Assembly: GCA_050952645.1 (NCBI GenBank)
Contig: JBMNLI010000010.1
Location: 256,001 to 320,000, forward strand
Reading direction: 5' to 3'
DNA: 64,000 bases
From: Bdellovibrionota bacterium
GTDB taxonomy: Bacteria; Bdellovibrionota_C; UBA2361; CAKMMH01
In this document: piece by piece, positions 45,501 to 56,071 of the stretch
How positions within the stretch are numbered: position 1 is the stretch's first letter
Layout: each line of letters starts with the position of its first letter
Notes under the pieces: model-generated
Database searches by the model: none
Told to the model about the DNA's origin: nothing
What the model saw: only the letters and a program-made list of their open reading frames with translations
Position numbers and translations under genes: made by a program

Positions 45501-48244
45501 ATAATATCTGCATGATTTATTAAAAACTTTTTATTTCTTAAACCAAAAAAACCTTCAGAGCCTTGAATATTACCCGTTATAATTGGAAACTTACTTAGCC
45601 CTGTTAAAGAAAGGTCGCAACCTAAAAGAGCATCGACCCAGTCCATTTTTATTCTTATATTATCATCGCTCTTTATATTTACATCTAGCTCAATATTTAT
45701 ATCATCTTGTTTTTTAGAATTTAACTGAATGTTTTTTTCATAAAAAAACACGCTATCTTTTATAAATCCTAAAATTGCATCAAGCGTAATATTTTTAACA
45801 AACTCTAGGCTATCTATCTTAATATTTCCTTGTAGCTTAGGAAGAAATTTACCTTTTAATAAATCTAAATTACCACTTAACACAAAGCTAGTATTATTAT
45901 CAACATAAAGGTCTACTTTTCTAAAATCTATCTTAGCATTCGACTTTTCAAAATTTAAAATATCGATATTTCCAGAGGCTTTTGCTCGTCCTCCATTTAT
46001 TCTTGCGACTATCTCTTTTATTTCTACCCAGAATCCTTTTAAGATAAAATCTCCTCTTAATTTTTGAATACTAATATTGCTCGATTCTAAATAGACATTT
46101 CCATCAGTTATTTTTGCACTTCCATAAATTTGAGGCGATGAAACTGGCCCTTTTATATTTATATTTGTTATTATTTGCCCAGATAACTCATCTAAAAAGG
46201 GAGCGAAATCTGCAAAAGAACTTACATTAAAATTACCATCAAGGTGCATATCGATGTTTTTTGAAAAATCTACATTTCCACTTATCGTTATATTATTTTT
46301 ACTGCTTTGTCCCCGTAAAACTATTGGTTTAATATTTAAAATACCATTATTTATAGGCAGAGTAGTCGGAGTTTTTAAAAGCAAATCGTGTGGAGCGCAA
46401 CCTAGCACGGTTTTAGGAATATCAACTTTGCCGTTTCCTTTTAGCATATTTTTTATATTAAAAAAATATTCTACATCGGCGCTTAATCTTGCACATTTTA
46501 CTTTCGGGCTATATTGGTTAGGATTAAAATCTTTTAACTTTAAAGTAAATTTACTTTCATATTCTTCATTAAGATTTAAATTCAAGTTTGTTTCTATCGA
46601 TTTTAAAGGATTAGATAAACTTACTAGCACTTTGCCATTTTCTAAACTTGCTCTTCCGCTAAGTGCAGACTCGCCGCAAAAATCCTTAGACGTAAGACCT
46701 ATAGTGCCACTTCCTTTAAGTGTATAAGGCGACAGCCCTCCTCTAAGAGAAATATTTGAAGTTAAGAACCAATAAGTTTTATCGTTTATATTTTGTAAAG
46801 GTAGTTTATTTATATCGATATAAAAATTTTCTACAAAAACTTTTCCATCTTCATTAAATTTTATTTTCCCTTCTCCTTGGATATAATCTTTAGAGTTTAT
46901 TTTAAACTCAAGCTCGTCGTTATAATATAATAGTGATAAATTTTGTTTAGGCGTTTTAAATGCCAAACCGTCGATAGAGTTTATTTCACTTTCAAGCTTT
47001 ATTTTATAGTCGCTAGGAGTTCCAAAAATTCCCACAGTCCCTAAAACATCTTTTAGCTTAACCGAGGAGTAATCGAGTTCATCAATCTTAAATTTTAATT
47101 TCGTATTAAATTTATCATCATCTATTATTAAATCTTTTATAGAAGAAACGTTTATACCATCACCAGTTAGAGAAATATTTTTTAATTTAAAGTAAGCTCC
47201 ATCTAAGTTTATACCAGTTTCTAGTGTTGCTAAAAATTTATCGATAGTGATAGGAGTTTTTGAGATAAATGCTTGAGTTAAAATATCTTTGTTATATTCT
47301 AAGTCTACATCTCCTTTTATTATAATATTATCGATATCTCCTTTTACTACTCCGTTAGTTTTTAAATTATACGTAAAATAATCTGAAAAAGATTTATCTA
47401 AAAAACGGTTATCGAAACTTCCTCTCCACGCTCCATTAGCAAACGAGTTATCTTCCCGGATATCGAGTTTTGCAGCGACTTTACTACCTAGGCTATTTAG
47501 CAAAATGTTTTTTATTATCACGTCGTAGCTATCGTGTGGAGAAAGTATGCTTAAATTTAAACTTCCAAGAGCTATTTTATTTTTTTTATTATTTATTTTA
47601 TCGTTTAGTTTGTAATTGTTTTGATTATAATTATTTTTGTTATGATTCTTTTGTTTGTAAAAGATAGCTACATTATCTACATCTGTATCGATTAAAAAAT
47701 CTTTATTTTTATCTTGAAAAACTCTAAGGAAAAGCCCTTGTCCGTTTAGCACGATAGAGTCCGTTAGCCACTCATTGAATGATGTTGAATATACTAGTAG
47801 CTCTTTTAGCAATACTTTTATAGCAGAGGTTTTATAATTTGGGTCGGGGTTTTCACTAATTAAATAATCTATAAATTTATAAGTTTCGCTTTGAGGTAGT
47901 ATTCCTTTTGAATGTCCCGTATCTAAAACTAATCTTTTTAAAATAATAGTTTTATCAAATATTTTTGCTAACGATACTTTTACTCTAACTTGTTTAAAAG
48001 ATAAGACTTCCCCTTTATTATCGCAAACGATTCTTGGATTATTTACATACGCATTTAATCTAATAAACGACACGTGGTGTTCATCAGTTTCTAAGTGGCA
48101 CTTAGGCAAGCTACTTTTTATTTCATCATCTAACAGCTCTATTACTAGTTCTCCGACGTAATTCTGCAAAGCTAGAATGCCTAATCCGCCTAGAACTCCT
48201 ATACAAAATCCAATAAATAGTAATAGAATATATTTTTTAAACAT
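42530..48244 (-). CDS. TamB (AsmA-like/DUF490) fused to POTRA repeats and an Omp85 (TamA/BamA) barrel
   Basis: N-terminal TM, beta-taco-like region ending GDLNSPKVNLMSDAGLSQKEIFNLL, POTRA motifs (GYL/GYT), YLGGANSIRGY, GPIGFD, terminal FSIGAKF. Confidence 0.85.
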   Translation of the reverse strand: MFKKYILLLFIGFCIGVLGGLGILALQNYVGELVIELLDDEIKSSLPKCHLETDEHHVSFIRLNAYVNNPRIVCDNKGEVLSFKQVRVKVSLAKIFDKTIILKRLVLDTGHSKGILPQSETYKFIDYLISENPDPNYKTSAIKVLLKELLVYSTSFNEWLTDSIVLNGQGLFLRVFQDKNKDFLIDTDVDNVAIFYKQKNHNKNNYNQNNYKLNDKINNKKNKIALGSLNLSILSPHDSYDVIIKNILLNSLGSKVAAKLDIREDNSFANGAWRGSFDNRFLDKSFSDYFTYNLKTNGVVKGDIDNIIIKGDVDLEYNKDILTQAFISKTPITIDKFLATLETGINLDGAYFKLKNISLTGDGINVSSIKDLIIDDDKFNTKLKFKIDELDYSSVKLKDVLGTVGIFGTPSDYKIKLESEINSIDGLAFKTPKQNLSLLYYNDELEFKINSKDYIQGEGKIKFNEDGKVFVENFYIDINKLPLQNINDKTYWFLTSNISLRGGLSPYTLKGSGTIGLTSKDFCGESALSGRASLENGKVLVSLSNPLKSIETNLNLNLNEEYESKFTLKLKDFNPNQYSPKVKCARLSADVEYFFNIKNMLKGNGKVDIPKTVLGCAPHDLLLKTPTTLPINNGILNIKPIVLRGQSSKNNITISGNVDFSKNIDMHLDGNFNVSSFADFAPFLDELSGQIITNINIKGPVSSPQIYGSAKITDGNVYLESSNISIQKLRGDFILKGFWVEIKEIVARINGGRAKASGNIDILNFEKSNAKIDFRKVDLYVDNNTSFVLSGNLDLLKGKFLPKLQGNIKIDSLEFVKNITLDAILGFIKDSVFFYEKNIQLNSKKQDDINIELDVNIKSDDNIRIKMDWVDALLGCDLSLTGLSKFPIITGNIQGSEGFFGLRNKKFLINHADIIFKKHASPVLDITGEAYLRNSAGDNSLVIVDITGDLNSPKVNLMSDAGLSQKEIFNLLASGEGFSNGALSDSNSQAFLYSISSFLSSPSISGLKNIFNSITSIDSLSITSKYNKRTGTSEPAIIAEKKLTDEIVISGESIVGGSAGSTKISTFYYLTQKAYIDTYFETASTSAVGIDLNYNVISSSNKLTDYSFEGNDNYSELKLRSVLYINERKVVSKEKVKEIRRNLKRFYIKQGYLNVRVKSRIRSVDNFVKKVVFIINEDKKFSIKDINISSEKIASKIKRAVSHFKGKAFSEDNRKEIQKIIINILKDEGYLSARISEDFVLTGKNKVIVNINIESFKKYVFEFKGSRVFSREDFLKTINFKERSYPFGLNVVQLLIEGMDRLYRENGYLLTTIDYELIKEDDTQTYIISVKDEDISKVSSVVLNGNEKLSTEKIYEKIKSIDKDNYKKFLNPKFAIEEDIIELENIIKKIYRDYGYTRVKVKHSLNILDNNDVSIVYNIKEGEKHYITNVAVNGLPEELKIKYTQKITVPRKLRLVEKIKSSLKNAGYLNYELIEKIDKETDSLTITIIPNEKVKVSDIKIIGNSKVEEFTILKNLKINKGDVYLEDKIIESKNALLKLGLFNKISFSLIDNKENNFEKTLLIEVEEKAFNNLDVGIGVNSEYGLHLLTRAANKSLFKDGKTISLGADLFYDNITHGSVSQGSADLRFIEPSVFGSNVGFSKDYRYQRFTTSTYEFDLSRYVDGVSIYMPFENDLSLYFGQNFSVESLDNVSQCAIIGNYDDGNYNLSFLVASLKYDKRDDMLNPTSGYAMSLEHKLASKLFLSDAEFHSLELHVNSIFPFWEDFNFSSNNIVGASFAYGDTSQVPIAHRYYLGGANSIRGYRENSLGRRGSDGAVIGGDVLFANNFELNYFILETFSIHSFLDVGNVFLRDEGVKLSDLKYSTGVGFRFNLPIGPIGFDFAVPLNKESYDDSFRVHFSIGAKF

Positions 48245-48450
48245 ACGAAAGTTATTATATTATATAATAAGAACATTATGCAATTAGTTAAGGTTATAAG
48301 CTTATAGAAAATATTCTTAAACAAATTCTTAAACAAAATGACTAGATTAAAGATTAGGTAGAGATTAGATAGGGATTAGAAAGAGATTAGATAACGATCA
48401 GATAGCAATTAGTCTCCATCTCTCTACGAAGCGTAAAAGAACCTAAAAAT

Positions 48451-49674
48451 TTAAAATGTTGGGGTAGGTGTTATTGTAGGTGTTATTGTAGGTGTCATAG
48501 TAGGTGTCATTGTAGGCGTTAGAGTAGGAGTTGGAGTGGGTGTTTGAGCGAGTGTTGGCATTGGAGTCATTGTAGGAGTAGGCGTTACCTCTGGCGTTAT
48601 TTCAGGCGTTATTTCAGGCGTTATAGTAGGAGTAGGAATTATCGGCAGATCTTCTGGGTCTAGAGGATTAGTTCCATTGCTTATCTCTTCACCGTCGCAA
48701 ACACCATCGCCATCGGTATCAAAATGATTAGGGCTAGTTTCATAAATAAAAAGCTCATCGTAATCAGAGAGCCCATCGCCATCGGTATCTTTCTTTTTTT
48801 TATTCGTATGATATCTGTAAGTTTCAAATAAATTAGGAATGCCATCTAAATCAGCATCAGGTCTCTCGGTTATCATAAGAGATTGAAGCCCAGTGTTTCT
48901 ATTTCTTAATTGTTTTAAAAGACCGTTAGCTAGAGCGTCGTATCCTCTAGAAGATGGATGCAAGCCATCGCCAGATAATAAATTAGTGCTAAAACTAGGG
49001 CGAATTTTAGTATAACTTAAAGCTCTTAAATGTTTATTTAACTCATTTATAAATTTAATTTGGTATGAACGTTTAGTTGGGATTTGTGTGCTAATGCTTA
49101 TATAAACTAGAGGCTTATTATTTAGCTTTGGCAGTATCTCATAAAGATAATCTACCGTACGTCTAATATTATTTGCTGTATACAAAGCGGGCTTCTTTTC
49201 CCAATAATCGTTTCTTCCTGCATCTATTACGATTATATCCGCCCTATTTAGCTTATTAAAATCTCTTTTCGTTTTATTTTTTCTTCTATTATAAATATAC
49301 TTAACTTTTGCTAGCAGCGCTTGACTTTTTATGCCTGGATAACCTAAAGCGTTAAATCTTACTTGCCTAGGTTTAAAATTTGGAAATTTTTTTTGAAGCC
49401 TTACGACGTATCCTCCTTTGTTGCCATTTGCGGAGTCGCCTCTTCCGTAGACGATGCTATCTCCTAAAAACGTTATCTCTAACTTTTGATCGCAATTATA
49501 ATCGATAAATTTTCTCTTTGCTTTTTTCCCTCTCTCGGAAGCAAAATTTATCATAGTGCGAGGTCTTTTTTTATCGAAAGGCACTAAAGGGCAAGCTTGC
49601 ACATTTTGGGCATAACTAGCTAAAATTAAAGCAAATAATAACACTATATGTTTAAATCTTAAGTTTACTTTCAC
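48451..49674 (-). CDS. Secreted SGNH/GDSL hydrolase with DxDGDG calcium-binding repeats and a Pro/Thr tail
   Basis: FLGDSI, GRND, DGLHP; DTDGDG repeats; (TP)n tail. Confidence 0.85.
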   Translation of the reverse strand: MKVNLRFKHIVLLFALILASYAQNVQACPLVPFDKKRPRTMINFASERGKKAKRKFIDYNCDQKLEITFLGDSIVYGRGDSANGNKGGYVVRLQKKFPNFKPRQVRFNALGYPGIKSQALLAKVKYIYNRRKNKTKRDFNKLNRADIIVIDAGRNDYWEKKPALYTANNIRRTVDYLYEILPKLNNKPLVYISISTQIPTKRSYQIKFINELNKHLRALSYTKIRPSFSTNLLSGDGLHPSSRGYDALANGLLKQLRNRNTGLQSLMITERPDADLDGIPNLFETYRYHTNKKKKDTDGDGLSDYDELFIYETSPNHFDTDGDGVCDGEEISNGTNPLDPEDLPIIPTPTITPEITPEITPEVTPTPTMTPMPTLAQTPTPTPTLTPTMTPTMTPTITPTITPTPTF

Positions 49675-50039
49675 AGAGCATTAATTTTAACATACTATAT
49701 GCTTTTGTAAAGCTAGAGAATCTTAAACAGCGTTTGCAAAGATATTTTACCTTGTCTCTTATTTTTTATATTTTTTATAATTTTTTATTTTTAAGTGTTT
49801 AGCTCCTATTTTTTAGCTCTTAATGTAAATAACCCTTATTTTCTCCATATAAAAACAACATTCAAGAAACATTAGCCTATATTTTAGCATCAAAATATTT
49901 GTAGTGCTGTTTAAATTCTTACATAGGCTATTTTTTTAAATTTAAGGTTTTTAAAAAAATTAAGTTTAAGAAAAATAAGATAGGTATATTTTTAAAAATT
50001 TTAAATATTTTTTTAATTATTTTTTGTAGTTTTTTATTT

Positions 50040-53000
50040 ATGAGTTTTCTAAAAAAGAAATATCAAAAACGAGAAATACGCTATAAAACTATATATATAT
50101 GTTCACGCATAAAACTACATTATAAAAATTCATACTATAAAAAACCATGCTATGAAAAATTTAAATATATTTTACAATCGTTCTTTTTAGCATCCTTTTT
50201 ATTATTCTCTTTATTTTTTATCACATTATTTTTAAGTAGCACATCATTTGCATTCGAGCCTATATTAGATAGCGTAAAACAGGTAGCGAGTAATAGGAGT
50301 ACTACTTGCGCTATTTCCGCAAGTGGGGAGCTTTGGTGCTGGGGGAATAATAATTATAGCCAAATAACTACATCATCAGATACTTACGTAACTGCGCCTA
50401 CAAAAATTACTGAACTAGTAAATGTTAGTGCGGTTAGTATAGGGACTTATCATGTATGTGCTATCTCAAATAAAAAGCTTTACTGTTGGGGAAGAAATAG
50501 CCATGGACAATTAGGAGTTGAAAATACAGACATCACTACCACTCCGCAATTAATACTTTCAGAGTTTAATATAAGTCAAGTTGCCGCAGAGTATATTAAT
50601 ACGTGCGCTTTAACTACATCAGGTAAACTTTTTTGCTGGGGCTATAATGAATATGGTAATGTTGGAGTAGGTAGCCTAGCTTCTATTATAACGACTCCTA
50701 CTCAAGTTTTAACAGATGTAAGCTTTGTATCATCTACACAAACCACCACATACAATGGCGGCGCTAGATGTGCTATTAAGACTAATGGTGAGCTTTGGTG
50801 TTGGGGAGGAAATAGTTACGGGCAAGTAGGAATTGGAGATTTAAGTATTACTAAAGTGCATACCCCAAGAAAAATATTGGAAAACGTTCAAAGTGTTAGT
50901 CTAAGTGAATTTCATACTTGCGCTATAAAAACTAATGGAAAGCTTTATTGCTCGGGGAAAAATAATTCCAACCAAATCATTACTAGCACTGAAAATAACA
51001 TTCCTTCTCCAATAGAAATATTTAACAATGTTAAACAAGTAGCAATAGGACGTAATCACACGTGTAGTATTACTAAAGACGATGAGCTTTACTGTAGAGG
51101 GTCGAACAGTGCAGGGCAAATAGGAAAAGGAAACAGCACTTCTTCTAGTTCGTTTTATAAGGTTTTAGATAATATTTCTAGCATATCACTTGCACCACTT
51201 TCTACTTGTGCTATAGCAAGCAATGGCGACCTTTACTGTTTCGGGAATAATAATTTTGGACAGATAGGAAATAACTCTACTACTGATCAAAAAACTCCAT
51301 ATTTAGTTTTAAGCAATGCAAAGCGAGTTATCAATAATGAAACTAACACGCACGTAATAGATACAGCTGGAAAACTTTATAGTATTGGAAATAACACTTC
51401 AGGACAAATTGGAAACGATAGAATATTGGTACAAGAAAATAAAACTCAAATTTTAACTGGAGTAAAAAATATTTCTCCTATTGGTACTAGCGTTTGTGCA
51501 AGTAAGCTAGATGGAAGCACTTATTGTTGGGGATTAAACGCTTACAGACAACTTGGAAATGGAAGTGGTGTAGAAAGCTCTACGCCAGTTTTAGTAAGCA
51601 TTTATAGCGATAAAGGAGGCATTACTAATATTAAATCTTTTTCAAGCAATACTGCTACTAATTGTGCTGTAAAGGAAAATGGCGACCTTTTTTGCTGGGG
51701 TAATAATTGGTATGGTAATACAGGTGCTACAGTGCCAGTGCTAACAGGTGCTACTAGCGTTAAAGGTGGAACTAATCATAACTGTGCTTTAAAAGATGAG
51801 TTTTTATATTGCTGGGGGAGAGGAGAGGAAGGACAAATCGGAATAGGGACAAATGATAATATTACTACTCTACGCCAAGTTTCTACATTAGGAGAGATTA
51901 GCGATTATAGCCTTGGTTATAATTCGACTTGCGCCATAAAAAAGGAAGATAAAACTCTTTGGTGTTGGGGCGATAATTCATATGGTCAATTAGGAATAGG
52001 AAATACTAATAATCAAAAGTTACCAACAAGGGTTCAAGGATTAACTAATGTTAGGTCGGTAGTAATGGGTAATTCTTACGCTTGTGCTACAACTGAAAGT
52101 AATAATCTTTATTGCTGGGGCTTAAATAAAAGTAGGCAATTAGGCATAGGCACAACAGAAGATAGCTCCGTGCCAGTATTTGTTAAAAGCAATATAAAAA
52201 GCGTAGCATTATCTTACGACCATACTTGCGCTATAGATTTATCTGATGAGCTTTGGTGTTGGGGAAATGGCTTTGGTGGAAAGCTTGGAAATGGAGATAC
52301 TTCAAACAGAGATACACCTCAAAAAGTCTTAAATTTAACTGATGTTCAAAAGGTTAGTTTAGACACTTCTTATTCTTGTGCAAAAACTGGAAATATAGAT
52401 GGAAACAAACTTTATTGTTGGGGGTTAAACAACTACTACCAACTAGGTCTAGGCAATAACACTAATCAAGACACCCCTCAGCTAGTCTTAAGCGGAATAA
52501 AAGATTTTACTGTAGGACAAAATGCTACCTGCGCTATAGATGGCGAAGATAATCTTCTTTGCTGGGGACTAGATAACTATGGACAAGTAGGAGATGGAGT
52601 AGAAATAAGAAAAGAAACCCCGACGCAAATTTTTGCTGGTGGCATAGCTCCTACTTACCCTACTAACTGCTCTACGCACTGGAACTATGGAAATTTAGGA
52701 GAAGCTTGCGATAATGGCTTAAGTAATAATTGTTTGCAAGCAGGAGTGCTTGCCTGCTACAATAGCGAGACCGATAGCCCTACCATAGTTTGCAACGCTG
52801 AAACGCCTCCATGCTGCAAAGATAACCTATACTCTTCTATCGGCTTAAGCTGCTCTGATGGCGTTGGCGTCTGCTTAGAAAATGGAAGCTACTACTGCTC
52901 TGGGCTTATCTCCGATAGCGCCGTTTTATGTAGCGCGGAAGCTAACACCGATGCGCAAACTGAGGAGCTATGCGATGGCTTAGATAATGATTGCGATGGC

Positions 53001-54134
53001 GAGATAGATGAAGATTTTTTTATAGGGCAAGATTGCACAGAAAAAACCGGAGAGATTGTAGTAGATGGCACTACGCACGATATTATAGGAAAAGGCGTTT
53101 ACGAATGTAAAGATACTACTCAAAATTATTGCGACATTTACGATACGGATGGAGATGGCGTTATAGATAGCCAAGACTTATGCCCTAACTTAGATGATAA
53201 CGCTACTTTTACTTATTACGGCGTGCAAGCACAGTATTACGGGAAAACTTATAAAAACACTGATGATATGGACGGCGATGGAATAATAAACTGCCTAGAT
53301 GAATGCGTAGACGATGAGCCTGAAGACGATCCTTTCTCAGATTTTAACATTAAAAGATTTAATGCATTAGAAAACGGTTGCGATGAAACTCCTAAAGGAT
53401 ACTCATGGACTCTAACTCCAACTCCTACTCTAACTCCCACACTAACGCCTACTAAAACTCCTAACCTTACTCCTACTCTTACAGCTACCGCTACTTTTAC
53501 ACCAACTCCTACTTTAAATAATACTAATACATATACTTTCACTCCTACTAATATTATAACGTCAGAAAATACTAGCACGCCAAGCTTTACTTATACTTAT
53601 ACATCTATTCCTACTAAAACTAATACGCCTACTATAGAGCCTACTAGCACGATAACTTTTACCCCTACAAACACGCAGACTTTTACTCCTACTCTTACTC
53701 CTACTTTTACGCCTAGTTTTACTCCAAGTTTTACGCCTACCGCTACACCAACTAAGACGCCGAGGAACTCTAATGCGATAAAGCTTGCATATCCAAGAAT
53801 GGAAGTGCCAAGACCAGAAATTAAAAAATTAAAAAATAGGGGTGCTCTACTTATAAAACTTCCTAAAGTTTTAAAAGCTACCATTAGAAAGAATAAAAAA
53901 AGAAATAATGCGAGATTTAAATATTTAATACATATAAGAAAATTAAAAAGGCTTGGCATTAAAGATAATTTTTTCAAACTTGGAAAAAAGATTTTAACTT
54001 ATCAAAGTAGCGTTAGATACAAAACTAAAAAAATGGACAAAGGCATTTACTCTATTAGGTATAAGATAGTTATAACTAAAGGAAATAAAACTAGGCATAC
54101 TAAATGGAGTAAAAAAGCGTTAGTAGAGATTTAA
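50040..54134 (+). CDS. Large secreted RCC1/BLIP-II repeat protein with Cys-rich, TSP3-like and Pro/Thr regions
   Basis: About 14 TCA...LxCWGxNxxGQ(L/I/V)G repeats; ELCDGLDNDCDGEIDE; DTDGDG; TPT linker; basic C-terminal domain; true start uncertain. Confidence 0.88.
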   Translation: MSFLKKKYQKREIRYKTIYICSRIKLHYKNSYYKKPCYEKFKYILQSFFLASFLLFSLFFITLFLSSTSFAFEPILDSVKQVASNRSTTCAISASGELWCWGNNNYSQITTSSDTYVTAPTKITELVNVSAVSIGTYHVCAISNKKLYCWGRNSHGQLGVENTDITTTPQLILSEFNISQVAAEYINTCALTTSGKLFCWGYNEYGNVGVGSLASIITTPTQVLTDVSFVSSTQTTTYNGGARCAIKTNGELWCWGGNSYGQVGIGDLSITKVHTPRKILENVQSVSLSEFHTCAIKTNGKLYCSGKNNSNQIITSTENNIPSPIEIFNNVKQVAIGRNHTCSITKDDELYCRGSNSAGQIGKGNSTSSSSFYKVLDNISSISLAPLSTCAIASNGDLYCFGNNNFGQIGNNSTTDQKTPYLVLSNAKRVINNETNTHVIDTAGKLYSIGNNTSGQIGNDRILVQENKTQILTGVKNISPIGTSVCASKLDGSTYCWGLNAYRQLGNGSGVESSTPVLVSIYSDKGGITNIKSFSSNTATNCAVKENGDLFCWGNNWYGNTGATVPVLTGATSVKGGTNHNCALKDEFLYCWGRGEEGQIGIGTNDNITTLRQVSTLGEISDYSLGYNSTCAIKKEDKTLWCWGDNSYGQLGIGNTNNQKLPTRVQGLTNVRSVVMGNSYACATTESNNLYCWGLNKSRQLGIGTTEDSSVPVFVKSNIKSVALSYDHTCAIDLSDELWCWGNGFGGKLGNGDTSNRDTPQKVLNLTDVQKVSLDTSYSCAKTGNIDGNKLYCWGLNNYYQLGLGNNTNQDTPQLVLSGIKDFTVGQNATCAIDGEDNLLCWGLDNYGQVGDGVEIRKETPTQIFAGGIAPTYPTNCSTHWNYGNLGEACDNGLSNNCLQAGVLACYNSETDSPTIVCNAETPPCCKDNLYSSIGLSCSDGVGVCLENGSYYCSGLISDSAVLCSAEANTDAQTEELCDGLDNDCDGEIDEDFFIGQDCTEKTGEIVVDGTTHDIIGKGVYECKDTTQNYCDIYDTDGDGVIDSQDLCPNLDDNATFTYYGVQAQYYGKTYKNTDDMDGDGIINCLDECVDDEPEDDPFSDFNIKRFNALENGCDETPKGYSWTLTPTPTLTPTLTPTKTPNLTPTLTATATFTPTPTLNNTNTYTFTPTNIITSENTSTPSFTYTYTSIPTKTNTPTIEPTSTITFTPTNTQTFTPTLTPTFTPSFTPSFTPTATPTKTPRNSNAIKLAYPRMEVPRPEIKKLKNRGALLIKLPKVLKATIRKNKKRNNARFKYLIHIRKLKRLGIKDNFFKLGKKILTYQSSVRYKTKKMDKGIYSIRYKIVITKGNKTRHTKWSKKALVEI

Positions 54135-54174
54135 TATATCTTAAGCTAGCATAATATTAAATTTTTCTATAATT

Positions 54175-54445
54175 TTACAACATAGTTCCCTTAGAAAGAA
54201 TATCGACATATTTTTTATATACGTATTGTCTATATCTTTTTTTCTCCTCTACGAGTTCTAATATACCGAGCTTCCTTAACTCATCTAAAATCTTATTTAC
54301 GGTAGGCTTGCTAAAACCTAGTAAATCTTTTACATCATCAGCTTCTATAAACGGATGTTTAAGTAAATAATCATATACTAAAAGAAAACTTTGAATATTT
54401 CCTTTAGAAGACGAGCGAATCTTTTCTATATCATTCTTTTTAAGT
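54175..54445 (-). pseudogene. C-terminal HTH fragment resembling Fic-family proteins
   Basis: Minus strand reads YLLKHPFI...LLGFSKPTVNKILDELRKLGILE...KRYRQYVYKKYVDILSKGT; no N-terminus. Confidence 0.55.
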
Positions 54446-54644
54446 TAAAGTTATTTTACTTAGAGTAAGGATACACTTTCTAAGTAAAATTTTTAGGCTT
54501 TTATTTTACTTAGACATAAAATTTTAAAGATTTTAGAGAAATTTCTCATTCTCTCTTATACCTAAAAGAAATACAACGCTTTAAATATTCACTTTAAATA
54601 TTCACTTTAAATATTCACTTTAAATATTTACTTTAAATATTTAC

Positions 54645-55457
54645 TTAGTGAGTTACGAGCATTTTACTCATTTTTAAAGCTTTCTCTTGATCCATTAAGG
54701 AAAGGATTTGACCTATTCTTTTTTCACTCATCTTTTGCATAAGTTCTAGGGCTATAGAAACATCTAAATCCTCCATAAGCCTTGCCGACTCTTCAGGGGA
54801 CATCGAAGAATATATTTTTGCTAACTGCTCGACTTGTAAATTTCTTTTTTGATCTACACCCTCTCTATTAGTTTTTAACTTAGATGTAAGCTGTCTTAAC
54901 TCTGCAAGTTTTATCTCAAGCTCATTTTCCCTAGCTTCTAAATCTATCTCTCTTAAATCCATTTTTTTACCCCTTTCTGAAAGCTCGGCACGTCTAGCAT
55001 CTAACGATGTAAGAACTTTCTTGTCTTCTCTAGTAAAATTTCCACTCTCCTTAATTTGAGCTTCAATACTTGGAACATCTGCCGATACTTTCGTAGCAGT
55101 CGCAAAACCAACGGCCTCTAATGCACTAAAAAATACTTTTATCATCGCAAAACTAATTATTAAAATAAGACATATTGCTTGCCCTCTATCCATAGTCTTT
55201 AACGGAGGAAGAGCTAAGCTTATAGCACTTCCATTTATAGAAGAATTGATATTAGAATTATAATTTTGATTATTTGAAAACTCTTGAGAGTCCCCTCTTA
55301 AACCTTGACGAATGCTTTCAGCAATCTTCTTAGGGTCTACCTTTTGCTTGCTACTTTGCCCCTTAGCTTCTTTATTTGCCATCCATTTAGTCATAGACTT
55401 ATGTAAATTTTCATATAACACCTTAGCCTCTTCTCTAGTCATTCCATTTTTAGCCAT
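54645..55457 (-). CDS. MotE/MgtE-N-like flagellar operon protein
   Basis: TM, coiled coil and LAKIYSSMSPEESA...GQILSLMD; located after fliJ. Confidence 0.75.
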   Translation of the reverse strand: MAKNGMTREEAKVLYENLHKSMTKWMANKEAKGQSSKQKVDPKKIAESIRQGLRGDSQEFSNNQNYNSNINSSINGSAISLALPPLKTMDRGQAICLILIISFAMIKVFFSALEAVGFATATKVSADVPSIEAQIKESGNFTREDKKVLTSLDARRAELSERGKKMDLREIDLEARENELEIKLAELRQLTSKLKTNREGVDQKRNLQVEQLAKIYSSMSPEESARLMEDLDVSIALELMQKMSEKRIGQILSLMDQEKALKMSKMLVTH

Positions 55458-55515
55458 AAATATTTCCCCTTTTATAAATCCTTATATAAAAATCCTTAAC
55501 TTTATATATTTAACC

Positions 55516-55950
55516 TTAAACTCTTTCTAAAATCTTAAATCTTTGCGTCGCTATATTATCATTTTCTTTCTCTTCTTCTTTTAGAAGATTTTTTTTGTAT
55601 TCCGTTTCTTTTTTTTCTTTTAAAAGTTGTAAGCTTTTAGCATCTTTTGAAGCTTCAAGGTAAGCCTCTTTAGCCTCATTTACTTCAATCTTTATTTCCT
55701 CTATAACCTCTTTTTGCCTCTCTATCTCAGAAAGCAAATAAGCTCCATAATCACCCGTTAAAATCAACAGATTTATATTTACAATCCCACTAGGAATTCC
55801 ATTATTTATTACAGCCTCTTCTAAGTTTTTTAATCTTTCTTCAGCATTAAATAGTTTTTGATTTTTTAAAATTAAAATTCTCTTTCGCTCATCTTTAATA
55901 GTTTCTCTATAATTTAAAATTCGCTGTAATTTAAATGCAAATTTTTTCAT
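55516..55950 (-). CDS. fliJ: Flagellar export protein FliJ
   Basis: MKKFAFKLQRIL start, coiled coil, EEKEND; follows fliI. Confidence 0.85.
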   Translation of the reverse strand: MKKFAFKLQRILNYRETIKDERKRILILKNQKLFNAEERLKNLEEAVINNGIPSGIVNINLLILTGDYGAYLLSEIERQKEVIEEIKIEVNEAKEAYLEASKDAKSLQLLKEKKETEYKKNLLKEEEKENDNIATQRFKILERV

Positions 55951-56071
55951 ACAATCTTTTTTAAAAAATCATTCACCATTAAAATTTTTTACTAAGGGAT
56001 CCTAGGGCAAAAAAACCATCTCTCACACAGCGTTGCCCAAAAAACCTACTCCCGAAAACTTACTCTAAAAC

